DNA from: Octopus sinensis
Lineage: Eukaryota
NCBI RefSeq assembly: GCF_006345805.1
Contig: NC_042999.1
Span: forward strand, 123,070,001 to 123,134,000
DNA length: 64,000 nucleotides
Direction: 5' to 3'
Under the pieces are notes generated by a model. The model made no database searches. It was not told the DNA's origin and saw nothing but the letters and a program-made list of their open reading frames with translations. Shown one piece after another: positions 23,718 to 35,630 of the stretch. A program made the position numbers and the translations under genes. The first letter of the stretch is position 1. The number at the start of each line of letters is the position of its first letter.

Positions 23718-26700
23718 GGGTCTACAATTCTAAAAACTAATGTCACCAGTTTAACACTTGTTTTCAGGTCTTCACTGGTTTTCTATTTCTGGTTATTTCT
23801 ATTTTGAATTTGTAGAGTATTTTTTCACCCACCATTGGCTAAGACCATCATGCTTGTATTGGCTAAGACCATTAATATCTAATTGCATTCTTAAAATCAC
23901 TTACTTTTAGCTTACTGGGAAGAGTGTGAGTCTATGCCTTACTTGTGAACATAATTCAAGACATTGCTGAGTTGCACAAAAGACACCTGTCTTTTTATGG
24001 ATATATGGTGTTAAGAAGTTCTGCATAGTGACAGTAAAATGTATATATAGTTGCAGAAGGTGAAAGAGGATAAAAGAATAAGGTCTCAGCATATTAGATT
24101 CCACAATGATGATGACATAAAAATGAGATGATTAGCGGTACATGTTTTTGCAAACATATCTAACAAATGGATGTTAAAACTATTAAAAAATGCCTATGAT
24201 AGCAGCTAACAAAATGGTTATCTGTTCAAATGTTAGTTTAACAATTGTAGTGAACACCTGGGTTGAGTTTGATGAATCTGGTTGTTTAGGCTGTCTTTTT
24301 TCACAACAACTTCTATGATTTCTGTTGAAATTTAGCAGTAGGAGGGGCATCCAGCATCAAAAGCAATTACTTATTCCATTATTATGAAAATACCCTAATC
24401 TGCATAAACTCTCACCCATTTTAACATGGAAAAGATTAATGTAAAATGTGTGCATATGCATATGTTTTACTGCAGACTGTAGAATACAACATTAGTCATG
24501 TAGCAAACTATAAAGTAGAGAAGGCTTCCACTTTTATACACAAGTGCTGGAAAACTACTAAATGCTTTGAAATGTTAACTATTGTTGGAGAGTTAACTCC
24601 ACCATTATTTTTACTACTTTACATTTTCTCTTGGTCAAGAAGTTGTTCAAAATGTAAACAGGTTTAATCTAATAGGCTTTGTGATCCCAAACATATAGGC
24701 TTTATGATATATATATATATATATATATATATGTGATATTGTATATGATATTGTTTGGCATGTGACTGGTTAGAATGTTATCATTGGTGTTGCACCAACC
24801 ATTGCGCCTAGACCATTCATGGCTTTTTAGACATACTGACTGGAAGTGCATGGCCTGTTTTATGCTGGAGGTACATAGAATCTAAGTTGGCTCAATCATG
24901 GTATAAAGAAATGGAATGAAACATCTTGAAACACATTATATCATTTTTTTCAAGAGTTATTTATCAAGGATTGGTGTTAGCCATGACTGAAGTGTGTAAG
25001 CTAAATGTATGTGTGTATTGTTCCATAATTCAAAAATAGATATGTCCATGCTGCCAAAATGAATTTGCATTCATGAGAGCAGCATCCAAGTTTAGGAAAG
25101 CAACCAGTCCATGTAAATCTTTTAGAATGATTTTCCTCTCATCTAAGCATAGCTTGCACCTTCTGCTTCCATTCAGATGTGGCCCAGAATGTTTCAGCAA
25201 CTTTCAGTTGATTTTGTGCAGTTATAAATAACCACTCTGTTATTTATGCTGAGCATGCTTTTTTCTGATTTATGGACAACTAATTCATAGTGTGTGTGTG
25301 TGTTTAGATAATCTGAAAATTATATGTGGGCATGTTGATCAAAGCATGATTAAATACTGAAAGGTTGATCTATTTGACTTATCTATTATCACCTCAAAAA
25401 TATGGAAATGTAAATATAATTCTGCTAGGCAAGGCAGTTCTAAACTTGATATTTGGTTTGTTTGTTATATCAAGCAAAGCCTTTACAATATGATGTTGTT
25501 TATTGTTGTTTATTGTTTGCTGGAGTAGTACTAGGTTGAGGCTTTGCAGCCCCTATTAATTTGAAATAAACTAATAGAAACATTGGCTTTCCAGTATTTC
25601 AATTCATCAACATGAGTAATATTGCATATGGCATTCATTAAAATGGCAATTAAGTATTTCAGTGATATAACATTATGAGAGGGAATAAAAATTTATCCAA
25701 ACTGCAAAAATATACACATTGTGGCTCACTGCTGTTGCATAAATCATAATAGCTTAGATCTCGTAAATAATTTTCCCTTAAAAATATTATGTCTTTATAA
25801 TTATTTTTCATGCAACTATATATATATCTCATTGTTGGCTCTGCAGAAAAACAGCATGTGCAAACTTTCCTTATACCATTTTAGAGTTTCTTTTATTCTT
25901 ATGTTACCTGTAATGGTTGAAATGCATAAAAACACAAAGGCTTTTATTGTTTCTCTCTAAACTGCTGTCATTCATATAATGAGTGAAACACTTGTGCAAA
26001 CAGTCTGTTATAGTTGATATTTGTACGCTATTTCATTGTGGGAGGTAGACTATTGTCTACGAAGAATAAAAGACTATTATACAATTTGTGGATGTTTTTG
26101 TATTTCTCTTTGAAAGCTAGTCAGATCAGATTAACAAGAATTTATTGGGAGAGAGTTTGGTCAAAATACAGATGTTGTAGTTTTAGTGAAGCATTGAATA
26201 AGAATTCTTTTTACAAACACACATGAATGTTCATGCATGTAAGTTTTTATCTGAAATTATTATAAATCCTAGTTTGATTATGCCTCCCCGAAATGTAGCT
26301 TATGTTTCTCCTTTTTTGTGTCATTTTCAATATATTAACTGGAGTTTAAAATGAGTTCAAAAAGATTAAACAATTGAAAATTATTTCTTTTTTGTACTTT
26401 GAAACATTTCTTAAAGTTATTTTTCTTGGTGTGATACAGTACATTGAAAAGAAATTGTGTACATGTTGTTGTGTAGTAACTTTTTGGATCTTAGTATGAG
26501 AGTTTTGTTAGTGGACAACTTTTGTATTATATTGTGTAAGTTCTCATTGCTGTGTATTTGGTGTCTTTGTGATATTATATTTAGTTGTAGATTGTGTATC
26601 TATTTTATCATTATATTCATGTCCTTACTGCTTTTTCATACTGTCAGTGATTTAAATTATATTTCTGTATCGTTTTTGTTTTCTTTTATTGTTTTATGTA

Positions 26701-27848
26701 ATATTTGAATTGTTCAAACACTAATTTCATCACTTAATTTGTGGAAAATGATGTCAATTGTCCTTGGCCTGCTAAGTGTTCCTAGATTCTTTGTTAATAA
26801 TGATAATTTTATCACCATTTCGTCACACATGCTCCTACATTTTTCATTAATAATGTTGATAGTTTTCCAACTTCATCATCTCTTACTACACAGTTTTTCG
26901 TCTGTAGAAGAAAAACTACTCTGTCTTCTCTTGATTATTTTAAAAGAAGAGCTAAGGCAGGGATAATAGCAATGTTTAGACCAGCACCTAGCTCAGTTTT
27001 ATAAAGAAAAAATGCTAATTTTATTAATTTTTGTTTTTAAAATATTCTGTAAAATATTGCTAGCATGTGTTCAGAATTTAAACCTGACTAGAGTTGTGAT
27101 TAACACTAATTCTAGTTTGTTGAATGAGTGCTCCTTAGGGAGAAGCTTATGAGTCCCAAAGATGCGACCTGTTTCCCCTTCATTTTGTCTGTACATGCTG
27201 AGCCAAATGACTGGGTTTTTTTTTCCTTTCCTCTTTAAATTCATGCACTTGTTTGGCTAAATCGATTCTAGTAATGTGAAGGAAATTGAAAGATTTTGCA
27301 GCAGAAATAGTGCAAACCTTCCATCAAATATTGCTCTTTTCATGGAAGACCAATATGTATTTATTTGGACAATTTCTATCTCCATTTGCATTTGAAATAC
27401 TCTTAATAGGACTGAATATGAGATTTTTTGCTGCACATTTTAGCACACAAATTTTGTTAATATCTCATACTTTTTCCTTTATTTTTAATAAAATTGTTAT
27501 GATGTCTGTTAACTCCTTTACCCATTTACTTTGGCCTTCATTATGAATAGGGTTTTTAAGAATAATTGTCTCTATCTGGCCTGTGAAATCTAGTTTAGGC
27601 TTCAGTTCAGGCTGCAACACCAGATGTTCTTGACACCTCTGAGCCAAGGGCTCATTGTAGGCTGAGAAATTGTTAGTAACTTGGTTGTCATATTAACTGT
27701 CAGAAGGGTGATATTATCAAAGCTTAATCTTCATGTCTTAATTTGCATGCTGGCTTTATCATTAGTTTTATTATTTTATCAGTTCATAACTTGTGAGATA
27801 ACTTATAATTATAATGATCTTTAGTTTTTTCTTATGCATCTATTCCAG

Positions 27849-27851
27849 ATG
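27849..27851 (+). CDS. Candidate 3-nt microexon (ATG)
   Basis: ttttttcttatgcatctattccag|ATG|gtacac; TGCATG at 27914-27919. Donor is only moderate. Confidence 0.33.
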
Positions 27852-28531
27852 GTACACAGTACACTTTTGTTATCTAACACACATTGTTCCTTCACATTAT
27901 ATATTGAAACCAGTGCATGCACATACTCACAGATCCTCTCATTCATGTACTAATCAGTACCTCTAATAGCCAGTCAGCCTTTCTCTTTGTTTACAGTCAG
28001 TCTCTCCTGTCCATATTGCATGCAAATTTAATAGATCTTACTTGTTCTTTTCCAGTTGCTGCATTGTTATTTATCACAGACATGTCACATATCTTTAGTA
28101 TCTAAAGATGATCATCACATAGAACTTAAATTCACAAACCTCACTGGTTTTTATCTCTTGCATTAACTGGATTACTATATGTAGGATATGATTATTCTCT
28201 TCTATACTCACTATACATCATTTTCCTGTTCTCTGTTTGCATATCATCAAGAATGACTACATTATTGATTTCTCAGTACCTTTTTCCACCAGGTGTACCA
28301 GAAACAAAATTCCTTTATTACTTTCATGATCAGCTTGAAACCTTTTCATTTAGGCCTCTGATATTCTATAATTTCATGCAATCTGATTGGATAGGAAAAT
28401 GTTAACAACAAGGTTTAGGTATTGAATTTTCTCTCAGTTTTTCCATTGATCATCAATCTCTATCACACGGATTTAAGTTAAGTATGTTTTCTAAGTTGAC
28501 AAATGTAGAATACAATCGTTTTCTATTTTAG

Positions 28532-28540
28532 CTGAGACAG
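28532..28540 (+). CDS. Candidate 9-nt microexon (CTGAGACAG)
   Basis: atcgttttctattttag|CTGAGACAG|gttcct; TGCATG at 28587-28592. The intronic part of the donor is weak. Confidence 0.33.
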
Positions 28541-30049
28541 GTTCCTAATACTGTCTTTCTGGTTGTGGTATAAAATACATTTGTAATGCATGAGTTTTTA
28601 TTTTTAACACAAAATTCTACCATCTTTATAACTTCATCTTATTATATTATTATTATTGTTGTTGTTATTAACTTTATTATTTATTTTTTGTTTTGTTTTT
28701 AAAGCTCTCATACTTCTAACAACATTTAACAGAAGCAGTTTAATGTTATATTGACATCTCAATGACAGTGGATACCCTACTACTTAACTAACCTTATAAT
28801 CTGATTATTTAAGTCAGTGCCCAACAGCACTGATTCAACTGTACTTGATCCTGAAGTTGTTAAATGTCTTCAGTTCTCTTTTCTGTATTTCTAACTATTT
28901 TATTAATTTATTAATAGTTAACCTTTGGGATCACTAATACAAACATTTTCTGTTATATGTATCAAATATTTTAATATATTTCTATTTTCTTTCCCCTTTT
29001 TTACATCTCTGTACCTTTAATCTCAAATTCTCCCTCAATATCATCATACTGTCAAAATAATGTGTGCACTAAAATGCTTATTTAACCTTGATTCTTTGCA
29101 GACAGTTTCAAGTCATCTATATAGAGGATTACTTTATGTTGTCTACATCTAATTAACGGTGGTGCATCAGCATGACTGCAGCTCTGAGCTGAAACTAGAG
29201 AGAAAAAGAAAATATGTTCATGTTTTAGCTATTCATAATAGCAGTTTTAAAATTCGTTATATTACTACAAAAAATAAGGAAGACAAACTATCACCCTGAA
29301 AAATTCCTCTATTGGTCTTATACCTCCTACCTTTACTCCAGAGTAGGATAATTTTGCTTTATTTTGGCCAACTGGGAATCTCTGCTACTCTTTCCTTCTC
29401 TAGGCATCTTATTATGTTAAAATTAGGAATCCTGTCATTGTACTTTTTATTAATCAATCAGGTCTGTGTAATCCTGTGATCTTAGATTTATCAATTATTA
29501 ATTTATCCTAAATGCATATATCTTTCCTCTGGTATCCTTTCTGATAAAGTGATGATGTAATCTATCTATCTGTCTGTCTGTCTGCCTGTCTAACCATCCA
29601 TCTGTCCATTTGTCTATCTGTCTGTCTGTCTGTCCACTTTAGCTATTATAACAGTCAGTTGTATTTTTTGAGAGAAATATGTCATTAGTTAAGGCGCCCA
29701 TAGGTGATACATATTGACCTGCCAATTTTTCTCAGGTCATTTCATACCATCTTAAAAAAGGAGAGTCACATTGGATAGTAGGAGGGTTACAGTGGCTATA
29801 CAAAAAGATGGAATGATCAGGACTGTAATGCCTTTGGTTATAGATCTGTTTGATCTAATAGGGCCAAACACTAACAATATGTTGTCATTCTAACTGTTAG
29901 CTGTATTTTCTTTTTAGCTCCCTTAATGTTTTCTGTATGACAGAATATTGTTTATTTTCCCAGATATTTTTCCTTATAATAGGAAGGGAATTTTGTTTAT
30001 AACAAACATTCTTGTAATTCTTCAATACTATGGGCTTTACTGATCATTA

Positions 30050-30900
30050 TTTAATTACAATTTCATAATGAGCTGCTGTTTTGTCATTATAAAGTCTGCT
30101 TGTTTACCACTGGCTGTATTTTCTGCAGTATTTAGCATTTTTTTCTTTGCTCTATATTTTGTTCTAATGCTGTTCACATTCTTCAGTATTAAGGGTGACC
30201 TTTTCATTGTTCCAGTCCATGTTTATCTTGTGGTAATACCACCTTTGTTGTATGCAAAATATAATTCTGTCTGTTATTTTGTGTGTCCTATGCTGCAATA
30301 TTTCATTTTAGTTGTATAGACCATGAATCCTTACTTAAGGTTACAAGTTTTTTTGCATCTCAAGAAATCAAGCACTGCAAAGATTCTAGTTCTATTCTGA
30401 TATCTCTGTAACACACTTAACTGCTACTGCAATATTTTGAGGTTATTGTGATTCATCTCTTTCACAAAGAGTTTAATTTTTGTTAGTGATTTGCTCCTCT
30501 TTCTAATTTCCCTGTTATGCATATTCAAAAGCATTTAGAAGCTTGTTCATCTGTGTTAGATGATCAAATCTAATATAGTATTAATTTTGTCTGAGATTGC
30601 ATTCAACTTTTGTTTTACACATCTTTACTTTTCCAAGTTCTTAATCTTTGAAATTTTCCTCTTTAAGTATGTTCTGTTTTAAGATATATTCTCTTTTGTC
30701 ACTTCCTAATGTATCAGTAGTCAGTTCACCTTTCATCCTAATTGGTTTCTTAGGTATATTATCTAGTTTCTTACTATTTTTCATAGTTCAGTTTTTTATC
30801 GTTATTTTTTATTGTTACTTTTGCTTTCTTGTTATAAAAAGTGGATTTACAGAATCAGTAGAGTTTCAAACAAAATGCCTTGCAGTATGTAGTAACATTG
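30050..30900 (-). mobile_element. Decayed LINE endonuclease remnant (RTE-like)
   Basis: Broken minus-strand frames with TW..SP..N/ADFIMT..DQ-like APE C-terminal motifs. Heavily mutated. Confidence 0.35.
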
Positions 30901-31149
30901 TTGCACCTTCTGGGTAAGAAGCTTTTCTCCTTATCATGTTGATAGTATAGGTGTTAGTCAAATACTGTGGCAATTTAATACACTATTCCCTACTCTAAAA
31001 TTTATTATTTCTAATAATTGTTTTAAAATTTCAGCGCAATGCCTTATTGAACATTTGCTTCAACAAGAAATCTTATTCTTAATTTTCAAAATGCTGTTTA
31101 TTATTATATTAACAGAGTAGTTAGCAAATATTTATCATCATGGATAAAG

Positions 31150-32700
31150 CTTTCACTTCTACATCAATATCCATGGACTTTGGTTTGGCTTCAGTTCAAC
31201 TTACTATCACCTATCAGCATAGAAGTATCATCTTTTATTTCCTCTGAGACACAACACTCTCATCTCATATCTGTGTCTCATCTTTATATTCCATCTCTTT
31301 AGCTTACTCTTTTTACAACCAGCAATTATTTGACTTCTTCTAATCCCACATCAGGGAAATGTATTTCAACTTACATCTCTCTAATGCCATAATCTTTGCT
31401 GACTTCATTGCACACAAATCCCATTAGCTCTAACCCTCTCCTGATACAATCAAAGATAATGCGAATGCGAAATAGTTGGACTTCCTCAACTATCTTCACT
31501 GTTCAGTGTCTTTATACTTACATGTATCCCTGACCATCATAGCAACTACTATAACATCCTTGACCTCTTCCTCATATTTTCTCAGCCATTGCTGTTTCTG
31601 CTTTCATCATAGTATCTGAACACAGCTTAATCAACAGAAACTACATAATCAAAACACAATCGTTACCAAAGCACAATCAATGCCAAAGAAAATATCTTGT
31701 AGCAATTGACTCTTTCCCTACTCTTGAATAACCTTTTCTACTACAGACACAAGGCCTGAAATTTGGGGGAGAAGTAGTCAATTACATCAACCTCAGTACT
31801 CAACTGGTACTTATTTTATTGACCCCGAAAGGATGAAAGGCAAAGTTGACCTTGGCAGAATTTGAACTCAGAATGTGAAGACAGATAAAATACTGCTAAT
31901 CATTTTGCCTGGCGTGCTAATGATTCTTTTCTACTCTAGGCACAAGGCACTAAATTTTTGGGGAAGGGGCCAGTTGATTAGACCAACTCCAGTACAGAAT
32001 TGGTATTTAATTTATTGACCCCAAAAGGACGAAAGGCAAAGTCGACCTTGGCGGAATTCGAACTCAGAACATGAAGATATACCGCTTAGCATTTTGCCCA
32101 GCATGCTAACATTTCTGCCAGCTCACTGCCTTCCTACTCTTGAATAATATCACAAAGACTCTCAACTTTGCTTCAGATGACAATCTCACAATTAGTGATC
32201 GTTGTTCATGGGGACCACATATGTGTATTATTGAGTGGGAACTGCATTCCAAAAGCTAGGTTTTCTCTTCATGATTAGGCTCTACAATGCAACACCTAGA
32301 GTATTCTTCACATATCTTGTATGTAACAGCTACTTCAGATACAGATTTTATCCTAGATATTTATTTTATAAAAATAGACATTCAGCCATTCACCAACTCA
32401 ATCAATAACCCACAGAGATGGTTATTCTTATTTCTCTACTCTTCTACCGTCATTATAAGAAGATGTGTTCCTTCAGTCTAGCTAACTATGAACCACCTCT
32501 GCCCAAGCCCACCTTATGTATGGGTGTTACCACCTCTCATTAATCCACCTGTGTGTCACCCAACAAAACCCATATTAGTTTTCCTCAAAGCTTCCTTTGT
32601 GGGGCTGCTATTTGCTAAAAACAGAGTCTCTACTCATATATTTCTCTACTTATATTCCAACAGAACATCAACTACTTTGAGCTCATATACTTGCGGGAGG
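31150..32700 (+). mobile_element. Old CR1/L2-group LINE (EN and RT C-terminal remnants) interrupted by a SINE dimer
   Basis: FYINIHGL..FLxxT.. and AIIFADFIAH (APE motifs). Downstream: KLGFLF..QHLEYSSHIL..QPFTNSIN..LFLFLYSS (RT thumb region). Confidence 0.55.
31732..32132 (-). mobile_element. Head-to-tail dimer of family A SINE inside one 15-bp target-site duplication
   Basis: cctactcttgaataa at 31717-31731 and 32133-32147 brackets two tandem SINE units. Confidence 0.88.
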
Positions 32701-33059
32701 GAATGCCAAACATTTGCTTTATACTAAACATCTCAGCTCTTCTAAAGAGAAGGTATTTCTCACAGAAAGTACTCACTAAGTTTATATAAACATAATTTAT
32801 GTAATCATTTATATAGCACGTATAGAAAGTTATGAGATAAATCAGAAATAACCTCAAGAAATGCAATGACACTGCATAGAGAATAAATTCCTGGTTACAG
32901 ACTAAAATCTCTTAGTGAGCGGCATGTTGATACATGTACTGCAAATTATCAACTGAATTCAAAAACATTTTCTCATATATGAATGTACTGATAGAACATG
33001 TGAAGAAAAGGTAAATATGGATGGGCTACTGTGAACATATCGTCTCCCAAATTTCAATC

Positions 33060-33223
33060 ATACATGTGTGTTTGTGTGCTAATATACATATATATATATA
33101 TATACATATATGTACACACATATGTATGTATATATATATATATACATACATACATATATACATACATATATGTACACATATATATCTGTATATATATACA
33201 CACACACACACACACATATATAT

Positions 33224-33256
<33 letters not shown>

Positions 33257-33294
33257 ATATATATATATATACATATATATATATACACACACAC

Positions 33295-33340
<46 letters not shown>

Positions 33341-33470
33341 TCATATATATCCATATATGCATACGGATGACATCTTCCATGGTCACCCATGACCGATGGA
33401 GGCCCTGGATATATATATATACAGATACATATATATGCATACACACACACACACACACGCACATATATAG
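33060..33470. repeat. TA/CA microsatellite
   Basis: Directly visible. Confidence 0.97.
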
Positions 33471-33554
33471 TGGAACAAGTAAAAAGAATACAAAGAAAAT
33501 GCACATTACATATAAAAAAATTAAGGCTTTTTTAAAGAAAAGCAAAGATATATC

Positions 33555-34058
33555 CGTATAATTAGATGATTTGATGTGTAATTATGAAGTATAAAATTCA
33601 TTGTTATGAATCATTATGGGGATTCAAAGTCATACTGGTATCGTCAGAGTTGATCACTGACTTTGAATGAATACTGATTTCCAAACAGTGTTGGCTGTAA
33701 TAGTACCTGAGTGAAAAGATTACATGCAAGGGAGGTAAGCTGTTCTGAAAGTGATGCTATTAATTAAGATAGATATAAATACTGGAATATGAATGGTGTA
33801 TGAGGTGTATGGAGTATAGTGGGATTAAATGGTGTATGGGATGTATAGAGATTAGTGGGATTAAATATCATCCACAACTCAACATGAACAAAACTTTTCA
33901 CTCAGGTACTATTAGACCCAACAACATTTGGAAATCAGTGTCCATTCAAAGTCAGCGATCAGCTCTGTCTATACCGGTATGACAGTGAATCTCTATAATG
34001 ATTCATAATAGTGATTTTTATACTTCATAATTACACATTAAATAATTTAATTGTATGT
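33555..34058. mobile_element. Foldback/MITE with ~160-bp terminal inverted repeats
   Basis: 33555-33718 aligns with the reverse complement of 33894-34058 (e.g. atgtgtaattatgaagtataaaa, atgaatcattat, ctgactttgaatg, taatagtacctgagtgaaaag). The spacer holds a ~37-bp tandem duplication. Confidence 0.85.
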
Positions 34059-34090
34059 ATATATATATACACACACACATATATATATAT

Positions 34091-34123
<33 letters not shown>

Positions 34124-34239
34124 ATACATATGTATCTATATTTATATATATATATACATTTACACACACACACACATATATATATATATATGCATATATA
34201 TACATATGTATCTATACATATATATATATAAATACATTT

Positions 34240-34290
<51 letters not shown>

Positions 34291-34637
34291 CATACATATG
34301 CATGTATACATATATTTATATACATACATGAATCTACAGAATATAAATATAGTGTTCAGTTTGGGTCTGCCTATCAACCTTTGCTGGTAACTGACAATGT
34401 GATTACATTACTTGTTTCTTTTCATGATCTGGCATTACGTGGTAATTATGCTATCACCTATGTAACGTTTACCACATAGTATTCTAGCATACGGCAGTGA
34501 AGCGCAGGTACAATATATGTGAAGTATGATGTAATAAAAATTTTAAATGAATTGCTTGTTTTATCCTGATCTTTTGTATATGTATCTATATCTATGTGTG
34601 TCTATACATATATCTGCATATGTATATATATTATGCA

Positions 34638-34810
34638 ATGTACACAGTATACAGTTATGAGCTACTAATAGTTTCATACCTTGGAGATGTATTCTAGGCA
34701 AGTTTTAAGAACACACCCTGTGTCTCCAAACAATCTTTAAGGCATGTTATTAAAACTTGCCTAGACTACATCTCCAACTAATAGTAGCTCATAACTATAC
34801 TATGTACATT
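34638..34810. repeat. Inverted repeat / small MITE-like hairpin
   Basis: agttatgagctacta..ttggagatgtattctaggcaagttttaa versus ttaaaacttgcctagactacatctccaa..tagtagctcataact. Confidence 0.85.
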
Positions 34811-35389
34811 AAATATTATTTGTTTCTCACTGGATGAAGTACTTTTTTTGTTGACCTTACAGTAAGATAAAAGTAAATTTTGTATATATATAATAAATAT
34901 ATATATATATGTATGTACAAGCACACACGCACACATACACTAAGTTAAGCACAGTTACTTGCCACACACCCAAACTCTAAGCATACACACACGAACACAC
35001 ACACACACACACTACAAACGAAACACACACACGATACATATACATACACGCACACACACATACCTCTTTGTTTTTGACCTGTGACTGGACCCAAAAACAC
35101 CACTCCTTAATTCTTACATACTGGCCTGCTACTAGCCAGTTGTTCGCCATACACACACGTGTCATCATTGTACACACACACGTGCACACGCTGATCTCCC
35201 TGCACGCACACACCCACACACATTCCCCCTCTCACTTTCTTTACCATACTGTCTTTGATAAACTCTCCTGTCTTTAAAAAACATTATTCTTCTACCTTAC
35301 TACTTCCGTCTTTCAATATGTGACCTCTCGAGTACCACTGGTGATCTTTTTCCTCTGTCTTCCCTTCTCGGGATCTTTCCTTCTCCTAT

Positions 35390-35424
35390 GTTTCCGACGA
35401 AGAGCTCCGCTCGAAACGTTAAAC
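35390..35424 (+). ncRNA. Minimal type I hammerhead ribozyme motif (PLE/retrozyme-like) with a C4 variant core
   Basis: GUUU-CCGACGA-A-GAGC ucc GCUC-GAAAC-GUU/AAAC. Helix I GUUU:AAAC, helix II GAGC:GCUC, palindromic loop-less helix III (AC/GU). Confidence 0.7.
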
Positions 35425-35497
35425 CCTCCTTCCCTTCTTTCCTGAGCATCCAATACGTCCTTGCGTTGTTGTGGTTTTTTGTTTTCTTGTTTGGATT

Positions 35498-35522
35498 AAC
35501 TATATATATATATATATATATA

Positions 35523-35610
<88 letters not shown>

Positions 35611-35630
35611 TCTATATATATAGCTGTGTA
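35498..35630. repeat. (TA)n(GA)n microsatellite
   Basis: Directly visible. Confidence 0.98.

Noticed and set aside
26740-27720. Possible transposase or LINE remnants on the minus strand
   Set aside because: Too degraded to assign any catalytic motif with confidence.
33700-33745. Strong donor GAG|gtaagc
   Set aside because: Lies within the foldback element and has no adequate upstream acceptor.
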